Shown piece by piece: positions 1-8,161 of a stretch of DNA of 17,581 nt (position 1 is its first letter; every line of letters begins with the position of its first letter). Origin of the DNA: Candidatus Heimdallarchaeota archaeon (lineage in GTDB: Archaea; Asgardarchaeota; Heimdallarchaeia; Heimdallarchaeales; Heimdallarchaeaceae). The stretch spans positions 1 through 17,581 of the forward strand of contig JAAFKJ010000007.1 of assembly GCA_021399395.1 (NCBI GenBank), in the 5' to 3' direction. The notes under the pieces were generated by a model. It made no database searches. It was not told the DNA's origin and worked only from the letters and a program-made list of their open reading frames with translations. Made by a program: the position numbers and the translations under genes.

Positions 1-21
1 ATATTTTTTGAATAGAACTAC

Positions 22-408
22 CTAGAGATTTCCTAAAATTTCCGTTGTTTCAGGTACATATCGTTTAATAACTTGCATCGCAAGTCCAATATTATGTAAA
101 TCTCTGCTTGCACCAATCAGAATGTACTCTCCTGCACTGGCTAGAATTGTGAAACCCTCTTCTCCTCTTATTAACACTTGTTCTAGATCTCCATGTGCAA
201 TATTGCTTGTTACCATTTTTCCTGTAGATAATATCGCTGACGAAACCGCACTCAAAAGGTCTGGGTCTGTACCTTTTTCTGAGAAGAAAGCTACTTTTAT
301 TCCCTCTTGATTTACAACAGCTAAAGCTTCTAAGTCACATCCAAGTGATATCTGTTTCAATATTCTAACTAATTGTTTTTTTTGTCCTGGTGATAGATCA
401 ATAGACAT
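22..408 (-). CDS. Roadblock/LC7 (MglB-like) domain protein
   Basis: 128 aa with the roadblock pattern: 'LEALAVVNQEGIKVA', 'DPDLLSAVSSAILSTG', 'GDLEQVLIRGEEGFTILASAG', 'NIGLAM'. AGGTGG RBS on - strand at 415-420. Confidence 0.9.
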   Translation of the reverse strand: MSIDLSPGQKKQLVRILKQISLGCDLEALAVVNQEGIKVAFFSEKGTDPDLLSAVSSAILSTGKMVTSNIAHGDLEQVLIRGEEGFTILASAGEYILIGASRDLHNIGLAMQVIKRYVPETTEILGNL

Positions 409-606
409 TTTTTGCCACCTTTTATCTCTACTCTATTTATATCAAGTATAACACTCTTAAAGTTATTGAAATAAGAAAAGGGAAAACTCTACTACCCCCA
501 TCCCACATAGCTACAAAACCTAATATTGATTTTGTACTTTTACTAGCATTACTAGAAACATAGTTTAGAATAAACCTTTTTATTTGATTATGATTTTCGC
601 TTATCC

Positions 607-1836
607 ATGAAGTTGTTGTTTATTGTGATGGATGGTCTTGGAGATAGACCTATCAAAGAATTAGATGACAAAACTCCTTTGGAATATGCTCACACACCTA
701 ATATGGATAAATTTGCATCAATGGGGATGAATGGATTGCTGCATGTTATTAGCCCAGGAGTTACCCCAGGAAGTGATACTGCCCATCTAGCATTATTTGG
801 AGTAGACCCATATAAATATTATACAGGTAGAGGTCCTTTTGAAGCTGCTGGAATTGGACTAGAAGTCAAACCAGGCGATATTGCTTTTAGAACAAACTTT
901 GCCACAATAAATTCGGAAGATATAATCACAGATCGGAGAGCAGGTCGGATTAAAAAGGGAACAAAAGAACTAGCCAAACTTCTTGAGAAAATGGAAATAG
1001 ATGGTGTTAAAATCCTATTAAAGGCAGGAACTGAACATAGAGCTGCTTTAATTCTTAGGGGAGATGGATTATCTGATAAAATCTCTGAGAATGATCCCCA
1101 TGTTGAAGGTAAAGGACCTTTAGAATTCAAACCACTAGATGACAGTCCAGAAGCACAAAAAACAGCAAGAATATTAACTTCATTTGTGATGAAAGCCAAG
1201 ACTTTGTTATCAAATGCAGAGCTAAATATAAGTAGAGAATCACAAGGATTGCCCCCTGCAAATTATCTACTCATCAGAGGAGCTGGTAAAGCTCCCAAAG
1301 TACCAAACTTTGAGGAAGAGTATGGTTTGGAATCAGCTTGCGTTGCAGGAGGTGGACTTTACAAGGGAATTGGAAGAATGCTAGGGATGAAGATTATAGA
1401 AGATCAGAGACTGACTGGAGGTACAACAACAGATCTGTCAGCTAAATTTGATGTAGCTTTGGAAACTCTTGAAAAATTCGATTTTGTATTTACTCATGTT
1501 AAAGGAACCGATAACTTCTCACATGACGGTAATCCAGTGGAGAAAATGAAATTCATTGAAAAAATTGACGAAGAACTGTACAGATTCCTTCCAGAGAATT
1601 TCAAAAATGATCTTGTAGTTATGATAACTGGAGATCACAGCACTCCTTGTTCTTTCAAAGATCATTCAGCTGATCCTGTTCCTGTTGTTATTTATTCACC
1701 AGACTGTCGCGTAGATAAAGTGGAAAAATTTGGAGAAAGCTATGCTACAGATGGTAATTTAGGACATCTACTAGGAAAACATTTAATGGGTATCGTTCTA
1801 AACGAATTAAGACTGGTGCACAAATTTGGAGCATAA
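607..1836 (+). CDS. apgM: 2,3-bisphosphoglycerate-independent phosphoglycerate mutase, archaeal type
   Basis: Motifs 'MDGLGDRP', 'TPLEYAHTPNMD', 'PGSDTAHL' (phosphoserine), 'YTGRGPFEAAG', 'HVKGTD..SHDG', 'TGDHSTP', 'HSADPVP', C-terminal 'KFGA'. Confidence 0.95.
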   Translation: MKLLFIVMDGLGDRPIKELDDKTPLEYAHTPNMDKFASMGMNGLLHVISPGVTPGSDTAHLALFGVDPYKYYTGRGPFEAAGIGLEVKPGDIAFRTNFATINSEDIITDRRAGRIKKGTKELAKLLEKMEIDGVKILLKAGTEHRAALILRGDGLSDKISENDPHVEGKGPLEFKPLDDSPEAQKTARILTSFVMKAKTLLSNAELNISRESQGLPPANYLLIRGAGKAPKVPNFEEEYGLESACVAGGGLYKGIGRMLGMKIIEDQRLTGGTTTDLSAKFDVALETLEKFDFVFTHVKGTDNFSHDGNPVEKMKFIEKIDEELYRFLPENFKNDLVVMITGDHSTPCSFKDHSADPVPVVIYSPDCRVDKVEKFGESYATDGNLGHLLGKHLMGIVLNELRLVHKFGA

Positions 1837-2812
1837 TACTGAAGAAGAAGTAACGCTATTTAAAAGATCATTACCTTATCTTCAGCTATTTTTGGCGATT
1901 GTATCCGTTTCCTTCTCTGCAATTATAGTGGTATTTCTTCTTGCTGAAGGAGTTCCTCCTGAAGTAACAGCAATGTATCGTACATTTTTCGCAGGAATTG
2001 GAGCTTTAATCTTTTCTCTCTACAAGAAGAAATTCAAGTGGATTGGAAAGAAATCTACTATCAGCAGATATCATTGGATCTTGTTTTCTGGGTTTCTTCT
2101 TGCTGTTCATTTTGCTACTTGGTTCATATCATTAGACTATGTTAACGTCGCTATTTCTACAACTATGGTTGATACAGTTCCTATTTTTCTAGCAATATTC
2201 GGTTTTATTTTCTTCAAAGAGAAGATTAAAACTATTGGAATACTTGGTATAGCTATAGCTTTTACTGGAGGAATCTTACTAGCATTTTTCTCAGATGAAT
2301 CAGGTTCAACTCAAACAAATCTGCTTTTGGGAATAACTTTTTCCCTAATTGGAGCCTTAACTGTGACTTTTTACTTCTTAATTGGTAAGAAGATTTTACA
2401 GGATTCTCCATTGTGGCCTTATTTTGCTTTGGTTAATCTTTCCTCTTCAATTTTCCTTCTTGTCTATAATTTAATAAGAAACTATGAGCTTTTTAGGTTT
2501 CAGAATCCTGCTCTGGTTTATGGTTTATTCATTGTCTCAGCATTGGGGCCATCATTAATAGGCCATGCTACTTACAATTATTCTTTGAGAAAATTACCTG
2601 CATATGTTGTAGGTGTAGCGATTTTAGGCGAACCTATAGGTGCGACAATACTTGCTGTTCTTATTTTTCCTTCAACCCAAACCCCAGATCCCATAACAAT
2701 TCTATTTGCGGTCATTATTCTGTTGGGGATAGTAATGACATCAGTTTCACAATATCTACGTGTAAAGCTATTCTCAAGAAAAAAGGAAAAATTAGAAGAA
2801 AAACCGAGTTAA
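1826..2812 (+). CDS. DMT/EamA family transporter
   Basis: About 10 hydrophobic segments in two repeats; 'LAVHFATWFISL', 'PIF...FFKEKI', 'GHATYNYSL', 'LGEPIGATILA'. Overlaps the apgM stop by 11 nt (TTG start, start uncertain). Confidence 0.9.
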   Translation: MEHNTEEEVTLFKRSLPYLQLFLAIVSVSFSAIIVVFLLAEGVPPEVTAMYRTFFAGIGALIFSLYKKKFKWIGKKSTISRYHWILFSGFLLAVHFATWFISLDYVNVAISTTMVDTVPIFLAIFGFIFFKEKIKTIGILGIAIAFTGGILLAFFSDESGSTQTNLLLGITFSLIGALTVTFYFLIGKKILQDSPLWPYFALVNLSSSIFLLVYNLIRNYELFRFQNPALVYGLFIVSALGPSLIGHATYNYSLRKLPAYVVGVAILGEPIGATILAVLIFPSTQTPDPITILFAVIILLGIVMTSVSQYLRVKLFSRKKEKLEEKPS

Positions 2813-4014
2813 ATTCGGTTATCGTTGAGTAAATCTTCTAGTTTATTCATGGCAGAATCTATTTCTTCAAGTGTTGGTAGATAAACCATTCTGAAACCGT
2901 TCTCTCCGAAGGGTCCAAAACCTGATCCAAACACAGTGAGCACATGCTTTTTCCTTAGAAAATCAAAAACAAATTCCTTATCATCTTTCCATTTAAATTG
3001 GTCCATTGAAATCATTGGAAACATATAGAAAGCAGCTTCTGGTTTGAAGACTGAGATTCCTTCCATCTCAGCTAATCTATTGTACATTAAATCTCTTCTA
3101 TCTCTTAGTGCTTTAATTGTTTGAGGTAGATAGGTGTCTTGATTTTGTTTGAGAGCTTCAGCACCAGCTTTCTGTAGGGGAGTTGATGCACATAACCTCA
3201 GTCGAGTGAGCTTGTTCAACCCTTCCCAAGGTTCTTTTATTTTTTCTGCAGGATCATGAATATAAGCATAACCCAATCTCCAACCGGGAGCTAGGAAGAC
3301 TTTGCTGAAACCATTGTAAGCAATAACTGGTACATCATTTGCAATTTTTGAAGTTGGTACATGTTTTAATCCTTCTTCTAACATAAGTAAATCATAAGTT
3401 TCGTCAGATACTATACAAGCATCATATTCTCCGACTATATCTATTATCTCCTTGAGACGTTTCTCAGGATATACAGAGCCAGTTGGGTTGTTAGGTGTAT
3501 TAAGAAAAACCAGTTTTGTTTTGTCATTCATCAGAGATCTAATATGGTCTGGATCTGGATAGAAATTCTCCTCAACTACAGTTTTGTAATATTGTATGTC
3601 GTTTTCAAAGATTGTTGCATTTCCAGAATAACTTGGATAATGTATCCCAGGAACCAAAACTCTATCTCCAGGATTTGTGAATGACATGAAAGTCATTTGA
3701 ATACCTTCAGAAACACCTGCTGTTGCAATAATTCTATCTGCGGATAATCCAAGATCATACTTCTGATTCTCGTAATTTGCAACAGCTTCTCTAAATTCCA
3801 AGATACCTTGTGAGTTTGCATAATAATTATAATTTTCTTCTCCAGCAAACTTTAATGGATCTGTTAGCAATTTTGGTGTTTTGAAGCCATATTTTATGGG
3901 GTCACCAATATTGAGTTTGATTATTTTATGACCTTTGGATTCAACTTCGTTAGCGACTGCAACAACATCTCTTATTGCATAACTAAAACTAGCAGTACGA
4001 TTTGATATTCTCAT
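2809..4014 (-). CDS. PLP-dependent aminotransferase class I/II (alanine aminotransferase AlaA/AlaT-like)
   Basis: 'YAIRD', 'KLNIGDP', 'NTPNNPTGSVY', 'SDETYD', 'NGFSKVFLAPGWRLGY' (PLP lysine), 'AFYMFP', 'GSGFG', 'FRMVYLP'. Confidence 0.93.
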   Translation of the reverse strand: MRISNRTASFSYAIRDVVAVANEVESKGHKIIKLNIGDPIKYGFKTPKLLTDPLKFAGEENYNYYANSQGILEFREAVANYENQKYDLGLSADRIIATAGVSEGIQMTFMSFTNPGDRVLVPGIHYPSYSGNATIFENDIQYYKTVVEENFYPDPDHIRSLMNDKTKLVFLNTPNNPTGSVYPEKRLKEIIDIVGEYDACIVSDETYDLLMLEEGLKHVPTSKIANDVPVIAYNGFSKVFLAPGWRLGYAYIHDPAEKIKEPWEGLNKLTRLRLCASTPLQKAGAEALKQNQDTYLPQTIKALRDRRDLMYNRLAEMEGISVFKPEAAFYMFPMISMDQFKWKDDKEFVFDFLRKKHVLTVFGSGFGPFGENGFRMVYLPTLEEIDSAMNKLEDLLNDNRI

Positions 4015-4171
4015 CTTACATGTTTCCTTTAGTTTGAGAGAAGTAAAATATTTGGAAAAATAAAATTATTGGTTTAACCCTCAGTCATTTTCTCGATTGA
4101 TCTAACTTACTATTCCCCGGATATTACATCTATAAATAAAACACTCATCTAGTTATTTTCTTAAATACTGG

Positions 4172-5581
4172 GTGTTATGTTTGCCGGCAATATCTAGTTG
4201 TAGTTTCTGTAATGGTCCCGCTCAATACTACTGTAAGTCATGCAAGAGAAGACTGTGTTCTGAGCATATCAGGATTTCTAATACAGTATATCACTGTGCT
4301 ACCTGTGATACGGAAGGGTTTGATTCAAAGTGCCTAAAATGTGGTTCTTTTACAACTGTGATGAGACATGAACCAACTCACACATGTGAATGGTGTAAGT
4401 CCTCGGATGTAGAAGATGGACTTCTATACCATCAACAATTACCTCATTTAATTTTCTCTTCTTTCAATGAGCTTAATAAAAAACTCTCAGAAGTATGGGA
4501 CTTAACACAACAGTACCTTAATACTGTCAAGTCAGTTTTTGAAATGAGAAAAGCTCGAATAATGCTTTTTGGCTCTGTAGAAGATGAGATCACACTACTT
4601 AGGGGGAAAATCTCTACTTTCATTGACCAACTTGTGAAATTTGAAAATGATACTTTTTCTATGGTTGATGATAAACTTAAAACTATTGGTTATATGCGTT
4701 TTACAAATCTAGATAATATAGAGAAAGCAGAAGAAATTTTGAACCTATTGCAATCTAGATTAGATCTGTTAGATACTACACTGGGTGGTAAATTCAAAGA
4801 TATAGAAAATGATTTCACCAGTTTAAATAACAAAGTTAATTTCTTAGGTTTCCAACACAGGCTACTTAATCGTATTCACAGTCTATTACCAGAAGACAGA
4901 GATGAACATCTGATATCTATTATTCCTAGAATCTGGTTGAAGAAGAATAATAGATTTTATAAGAAATATCTACTTGTTCTAACAAATAGAAATATCTATT
5001 TTTTGAGAGAAAAAGGATTATTTGATGTAAAATTAAAATCTAAAGAAACATTAAGTCTTTCCTATATTATAAGTAAAAAATTTGTATCAAGGTTACTTTC
5101 AAGGAATATGCTTAATTTCAAAACTCGATTGGATTCCTATACTCTTTTAGGAAGAAGAGAAAGTTTAAGCCAATTTATGATCTACTTCCATATAATTGAA
5201 AATTACATCGATTATTCAATTCATAAATCTTCAATAATAGAAGATTTGAAGCATTACTCTTTAACTATTAATGAGTTAAAAACCAACATCCAACGTAATG
5301 TTAGTCACTTGAGAGCCTATTTACTAAATAAACGTGAATTGAAGCGAGAATTATATTGGCGAGAAGGACAAGATGCTAGATTCAAGAAACTCTTTGAACA
5401 ATTGCTTTCTGTTGAAAGAAAGATACACAGATTAAATGAATCTAGAACAGATGGAACTCGTGGAACTAGAGGAATTGATGGTCTATTAAGGAAACTAACC
5501 AGAGAACATACAAGATTAAAACAACAGCTAGATACTGTTCAACAAAGAAGTGAAGAGTTCGATGATAAGTGGGAATTTTGA
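4172..5581 (+). CDS. Multidomain protein: B-box-like Zn finger, further CxxC Zn ribbons, long helical/coiled-coil region, PH/GLUE-like domain, C-terminal steadiness-box-like hairpin
   Basis: N-terminus CxxC-x7-CxxC-x4-CxxH, then CATC/CLKC/CEWC; about 150 aa of heptad-rich helix; 'YLLVLTNRNIYFLREKG' typical of PH-fold GRAM/GLUE/bPH domains; C-terminal hairpin aligned by eye to TSG101 SB. The ORF is secure but the domain calls are inference. True start may be the in-frame TTG at 4181. Confidence 0.7.
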   Translation: MLCLPAISSCSFCNGPAQYYCKSCKRRLCSEHIRISNTVYHCATCDTEGFDSKCLKCGSFTTVMRHEPTHTCEWCKSSDVEDGLLYHQQLPHLIFSSFNELNKKLSEVWDLTQQYLNTVKSVFEMRKARIMLFGSVEDEITLLRGKISTFIDQLVKFENDTFSMVDDKLKTIGYMRFTNLDNIEKAEEILNLLQSRLDLLDTTLGGKFKDIENDFTSLNNKVNFLGFQHRLLNRIHSLLPEDRDEHLISIIPRIWLKKNNRFYKKYLLVLTNRNIYFLREKGLFDVKLKSKETLSLSYIISKKFVSRLLSRNMLNFKTRLDSYTLLGRRESLSQFMIYFHIIENYIDYSIHKSSIIEDLKHYSLTINELKTNIQRNVSHLRAYLLNKRELKRELYWREGQDARFKKLFEQLLSVERKIHRLNESRTDGTRGTRGIDGLLRKLTREHTRLKQQLDTVQQRSEEFDDKWEF

Positions 5582-5616
5582 GAAAATGCATATATACTAG
5601 CTGAAATCTCTTTTTA

Positions 5617-5913
5617 TTGATAATCATGCCTAAGAAGAAAAGCACTTTCAATAGACTAACTTGGGTTTTAACAGAATTAGTCTTTGGTTTAGCTGGATTA
5701 ATTTATGGTTTATTGGGTACAATTTCATCTGAAGTTAGAGTAACGTACATTATTTTACTCTCATTAGGTGGAGTTCTACTAATTGTAGCCACAGTACAAC
5801 TGATTATCTACTTCAAGAAGAAAGAGAAAATCTACTGTGCAAAATGTGGTGAAAGGATTAAGAAAAATGATGAATTTTGCTCTAAATGTGGAGAAAAAAT
5901 AGAAGAGAAATAA
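5617..5913 (+). CDS. Small membrane protein (2 TM) with C-terminal zinc ribbon
   Basis: Two hydrophobic segments followed by 'YCAKCGERIKKNDEFCSKCGEKI'. ATG at 5626 is the likelier start. Confidence 0.8.
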   Translation: MIIMPKKKSTFNRLTWVLTELVFGLAGLIYGLLGTISSEVRVTYIILLSLGGVLLIVATVQLIIYFKKKEKIYCAKCGERIKKNDEFCSKCGEKIEEK

Positions 5914-5926
5914 AGATAATCTGTCT

Positions 5927-6310
5927 TTATTTTTTCCATACTTTCAGGAAATCAGGCATTTCTTCAAAAGTAACAAGTGGGATATTTAACCACTTAGCAT
6001 CAGAAGCATCATTGGAGAAATTGTGTTCCTCCTTAGGAGATGTTCTATACCGTAGAAAAGACTCTCGAGAATTGCTTTCATCTTCAACCCATACAATAAT
6101 TGGAAGTGCATTCAATTCATAATAACCTAAACTTGTGTTAAAGATGAAATATATGGTTTTATCATTATAACTATGACGGCCTATATATCCTGCATTCCTA
6201 TCTGGACCTAAACCAGAGATTACCAATTTTATTAAATCGCTAAGAGATGAAAGTTTGATTCCTGCTGGAGGTTTGAGTATTTTAGTTTCTTCTGTCAAGA
6301 TAATCACCAA
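5927..6310 (-). CDS. Conserved archaeal hypothetical protein, co-oriented with atpK
   Basis: 127-aa ORF starting 21 nt after the atpK stop. 'IKLSSLSDL...YYELNALPIIVWVE...FLRY...IPLV' resembles, from memory, the small 'cren protein' family of TACK archaea. Confidence 0.65.
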   Translation of the reverse strand: MVIILTEETKILKPPAGIKLSSLSDLIKLVISGLGPDRNAGYIGRHSYNDKTIYFIFNTSLGYYELNALPIIVWVEDESNSRESFLRYRTSPKEEHNFSNDASDAKWLNIPLVTFEEMPDFLKVWKK

Positions 6311-6331
6311 AAAAGGAAGTAGAAGAGAGGA

Positions 6332-6640
6332 TTAGAATACAATCAAAATTGCAACTAGTAATCCATAAATAGCTACAGCTTCTATAAGCACAACAAACAG
6401 AAAAGCTTTTCCAAAGATATCTGGTTTCTCTACGATGGCTCCTATTGCTGCGCTCCCTGCCATTCCCATTCCGATGGAAGCAGCTGCTCCTGCAATGCCA
6501 ATTGCTAATGCAGCACCAATTGGTTTTAAATCGACGGGTTCAGGATCTTGAGCTTGTGCCAAATTAGAGGCTAAGATAATCAAAGTCACACTAATTACTA
6601 ACAATCCTAAGATTCGAGTTGTTTTCTTTTTTAATAGCAT
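6332..6640 (-). CDS. atpK: A/V-type ATP synthase proteolipid subunit K (c)
   Basis: 'IGAALAIGIAGAAASIGMGMAGSAAIGAIVEKPDIFGKAFLFVVLIEAVAIYGLLVAIL' is a single hairpin with the conserved ion-carrying Glu. N-terminal signal-like extension. AGGTG RBS upstream. Confidence 0.95.
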   Translation of the reverse strand: MLLKKKTTRILGLLVISVTLIILASNLAQAQDPEPVDLKPIGAALAIGIAGAAASIGMGMAGSAAIGAIVEKPDIFGKAFLFVVLIEAVAIYGLLVAILIVF

Positions 6641-6747
6641 ATAATTACACCTATTTTACAAACTAGATTCAGCTAAGTTAATTTAAAAATTTCGGAAAGA
6701 CATTAATCTTCTAAAAGGCGAATATAAAACAATACATATAATAACTA

Positions 6748-6761
6748 CGAAAGCTTAAATA
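6748..6761 (+). promoter_or_regulatory. Putative BRE-TATA promoter of the ESCRT-III genes
   Basis: CGAAAG-CTTAAATA ends about 30 nt upstream of ATG 6792, matching archaeal promoter geometry. Confidence 0.55.
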
Positions 6762-6791
6762 GTTATAGTAAAAAAGTAAAGCGTGAGATAG

Positions 6792-7406
6792 ATGTTCCGG
6801 GACTTTATGGGATGGCTTCTAGGTTCAAAAAAGAGCCCTCGTGACCACATCATTAACCTTAGGTTAACTGTAAGAAGATTGGAAAGAGCACAGAGAAAAT
6901 TATCTCGTGATGAATCTAAGATGCAGTTGAAGATGAAACAAAGTATACAACGAGGCGACCTTGAATCTGCTAGATTATTTGCTACAGATATTGTTAGAAA
7001 TAGACGATGGGAATTTGGTTATCAAAAACTAGTTTCTAGAATGAATGGACTTATCTTCAAACTAGAGCGAGCAGATACTGCTGCTAGCATGGCACAAGAA
7101 ATGCATGGCATTGCTTCTGCTTTAAGAACAGCAAATGCACAATTACAAATTCCTGATCTGGATAGAGTTATTCAAGATATGGAGAGCTCTATAGATGGTA
7201 TTGAAGAATCAACTGGAACTATCGAAGATGGGATAGAAGATTTATTGGTAGCTGACTCAGATCCTGCTGAAGTTGATCGATTGATCGAACAAACAGCTGC
7301 TGAGTTGGGAGTATCTACTCAAGCTGGATTACCTTCTGTTGGAGTCATAGAAACCGACGATTTAGAAAATGAAATACAGAAATTAAGGAGAAAAGAAGAA
7401 GATTAG
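6792..7406 (+). CDS. ESCRT-III subunit, Vps2/24/46 class (ESCRT-IIIA, Snf7 superfamily)
   Basis: 'LRLTVRRLERAQRKLSRDE...MKQSIQRGDLESARLFATDIVRNR' matches the Vps2/Did2 helical hairpin; acidic C-half; terminal 'DDLENEIQKLRR' MIM1-like helix. Confidence 0.93.
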   Translation: MFRDFMGWLLGSKKSPRDHIINLRLTVRRLERAQRKLSRDESKMQLKMKQSIQRGDLESARLFATDIVRNRRWEFGYQKLVSRMNGLIFKLERADTAASMAQEMHGIASALRTANAQLQIPDLDRVIQDMESSIDGIEESTGTIEDGIEDLLVADSDPAEVDRLIEQTAAELGVSTQAGLPSVGVIETDDLENEIQKLRRKEED

Positions 7407-7420
7407 AAAGGTGATTTATC

Positions 7421-8071
7421 ATGGTTAAAAATTGGCTTTTTGGAAAGAAAAGGAAGGAAGATGCAGACGCATTGGCTACACTTAAATCTCAACAGAATAG
7501 ACTTCAAGCAGAAGCAAGAAATCTTGAAAGACAATCTGATGAACAAAAAGTTTTAGCTTCTAAAATGCTTCAGGCAGGTAATAAAGCTGGTGCTCGCCAA
7601 GCTCTTAAAAGAAGAGCTGTTTTCATGAAACGGCTTAACACAGTTCATAATACTGCTATGAATCTGCAAGCTCAAATTGATAGTATTCAAACTGCTACCT
7701 CAACAGCTGAAACAGTACAAGCTATGGAACTTGGTACAAAAGTTGTTGGTGAGAAAATAAAAGTCGTATCTCCTGAGAGAACAGAGAGGGTTATGGATAC
7801 AGTTATGGAACAAAGAGATCAAATTGAGATGATGACAGAAGCTCTTTCCGATCCTGCTTTATCTGAGGGGATCTTAGACTTTGAAGATGATGCTGCTATC
7901 GATGAGCAATTAGCTCAATTAGAAGCAGAAATGGATCTTGGTACAACTACAAGTCTTCCAGATGTTACTGGTTTGCCATCAACACCTGTTGGCACAGAAA
8001 AGGAAGAGGATACCTCTGATCTTGAAGCTGAACTTGAAGGTCTGAAAAAGAAAATGAGTGAAGATAACTAA
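7421..8071 (+). CDS. ESCRT-III subunit, Vps20/32/60 class (ESCRT-IIIB, Snf7-like)
   Basis: 'WLFGKK' N-terminal anchor; 'GNKAGARQALKRR' (cf. Snf7/CHMP4 NKRAALQALKRK); 'NLQAQIDSIQTA'; 'IDEQLAQLEAE'; 'LPDV..LP' MIM2-like. AGGTGA RBS at about 7409-7414. Confidence 0.95.
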   Translation: MVKNWLFGKKRKEDADALATLKSQQNRLQAEARNLERQSDEQKVLASKMLQAGNKAGARQALKRRAVFMKRLNTVHNTAMNLQAQIDSIQTATSTAETVQAMELGTKVVGEKIKVVSPERTERVMDTVMEQRDQIEMMTEALSDPALSEGILDFEDDAAIDEQLAQLEAEMDLGTTTSLPDVTGLPSTPVGTEKEEDTSDLEAELEGLKKKMSEDN

Positions 8072-8094
8072 TTCTTCCCTTTTTTTACACTTTT
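8072..8094 (+). terminator. Putative archaeal U-rich terminator after ESCRT-IIIB
   Basis: TTCTTCCCTTTTTTTACACTTTT directly after the stop; a separate TATA-like TTTTATAT precedes vps4. Confidence 0.45.
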
Positions 8095-8161
8095 AGATAT
8101 GAAACTGAATAAAATATTTTATATTGGATAATTGGAATAATTAGATAGAGGTTGTAAACAC

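Noticed and set aside
512-536. Inverted repeat TACAAAA-n11-TTTTGTA between the roadblock and apgM genes
   Set aside because: AT-rich 7-mer with no second copy seen; compatible with chance.
122-1199. Alternative ORFs 122-310 (+) and 819-1199 (-)
   Set aside because: Antisense shadows of the roadblock and apgM genes with no recognisable motifs.
5452-5473. Short 9-bp tandem repeat TGGAACTCG-TGGAACTAG-AGGA encoding GTRGTRG
   Set aside because: Only about 2.5 imperfect in-frame units; too short to call a repeat element.
5466-6122. Alternative ORFs 5466-5651 (-) and 5886-6122 (+)
   Set aside because: They overlap better-supported genes on the opposite strand.
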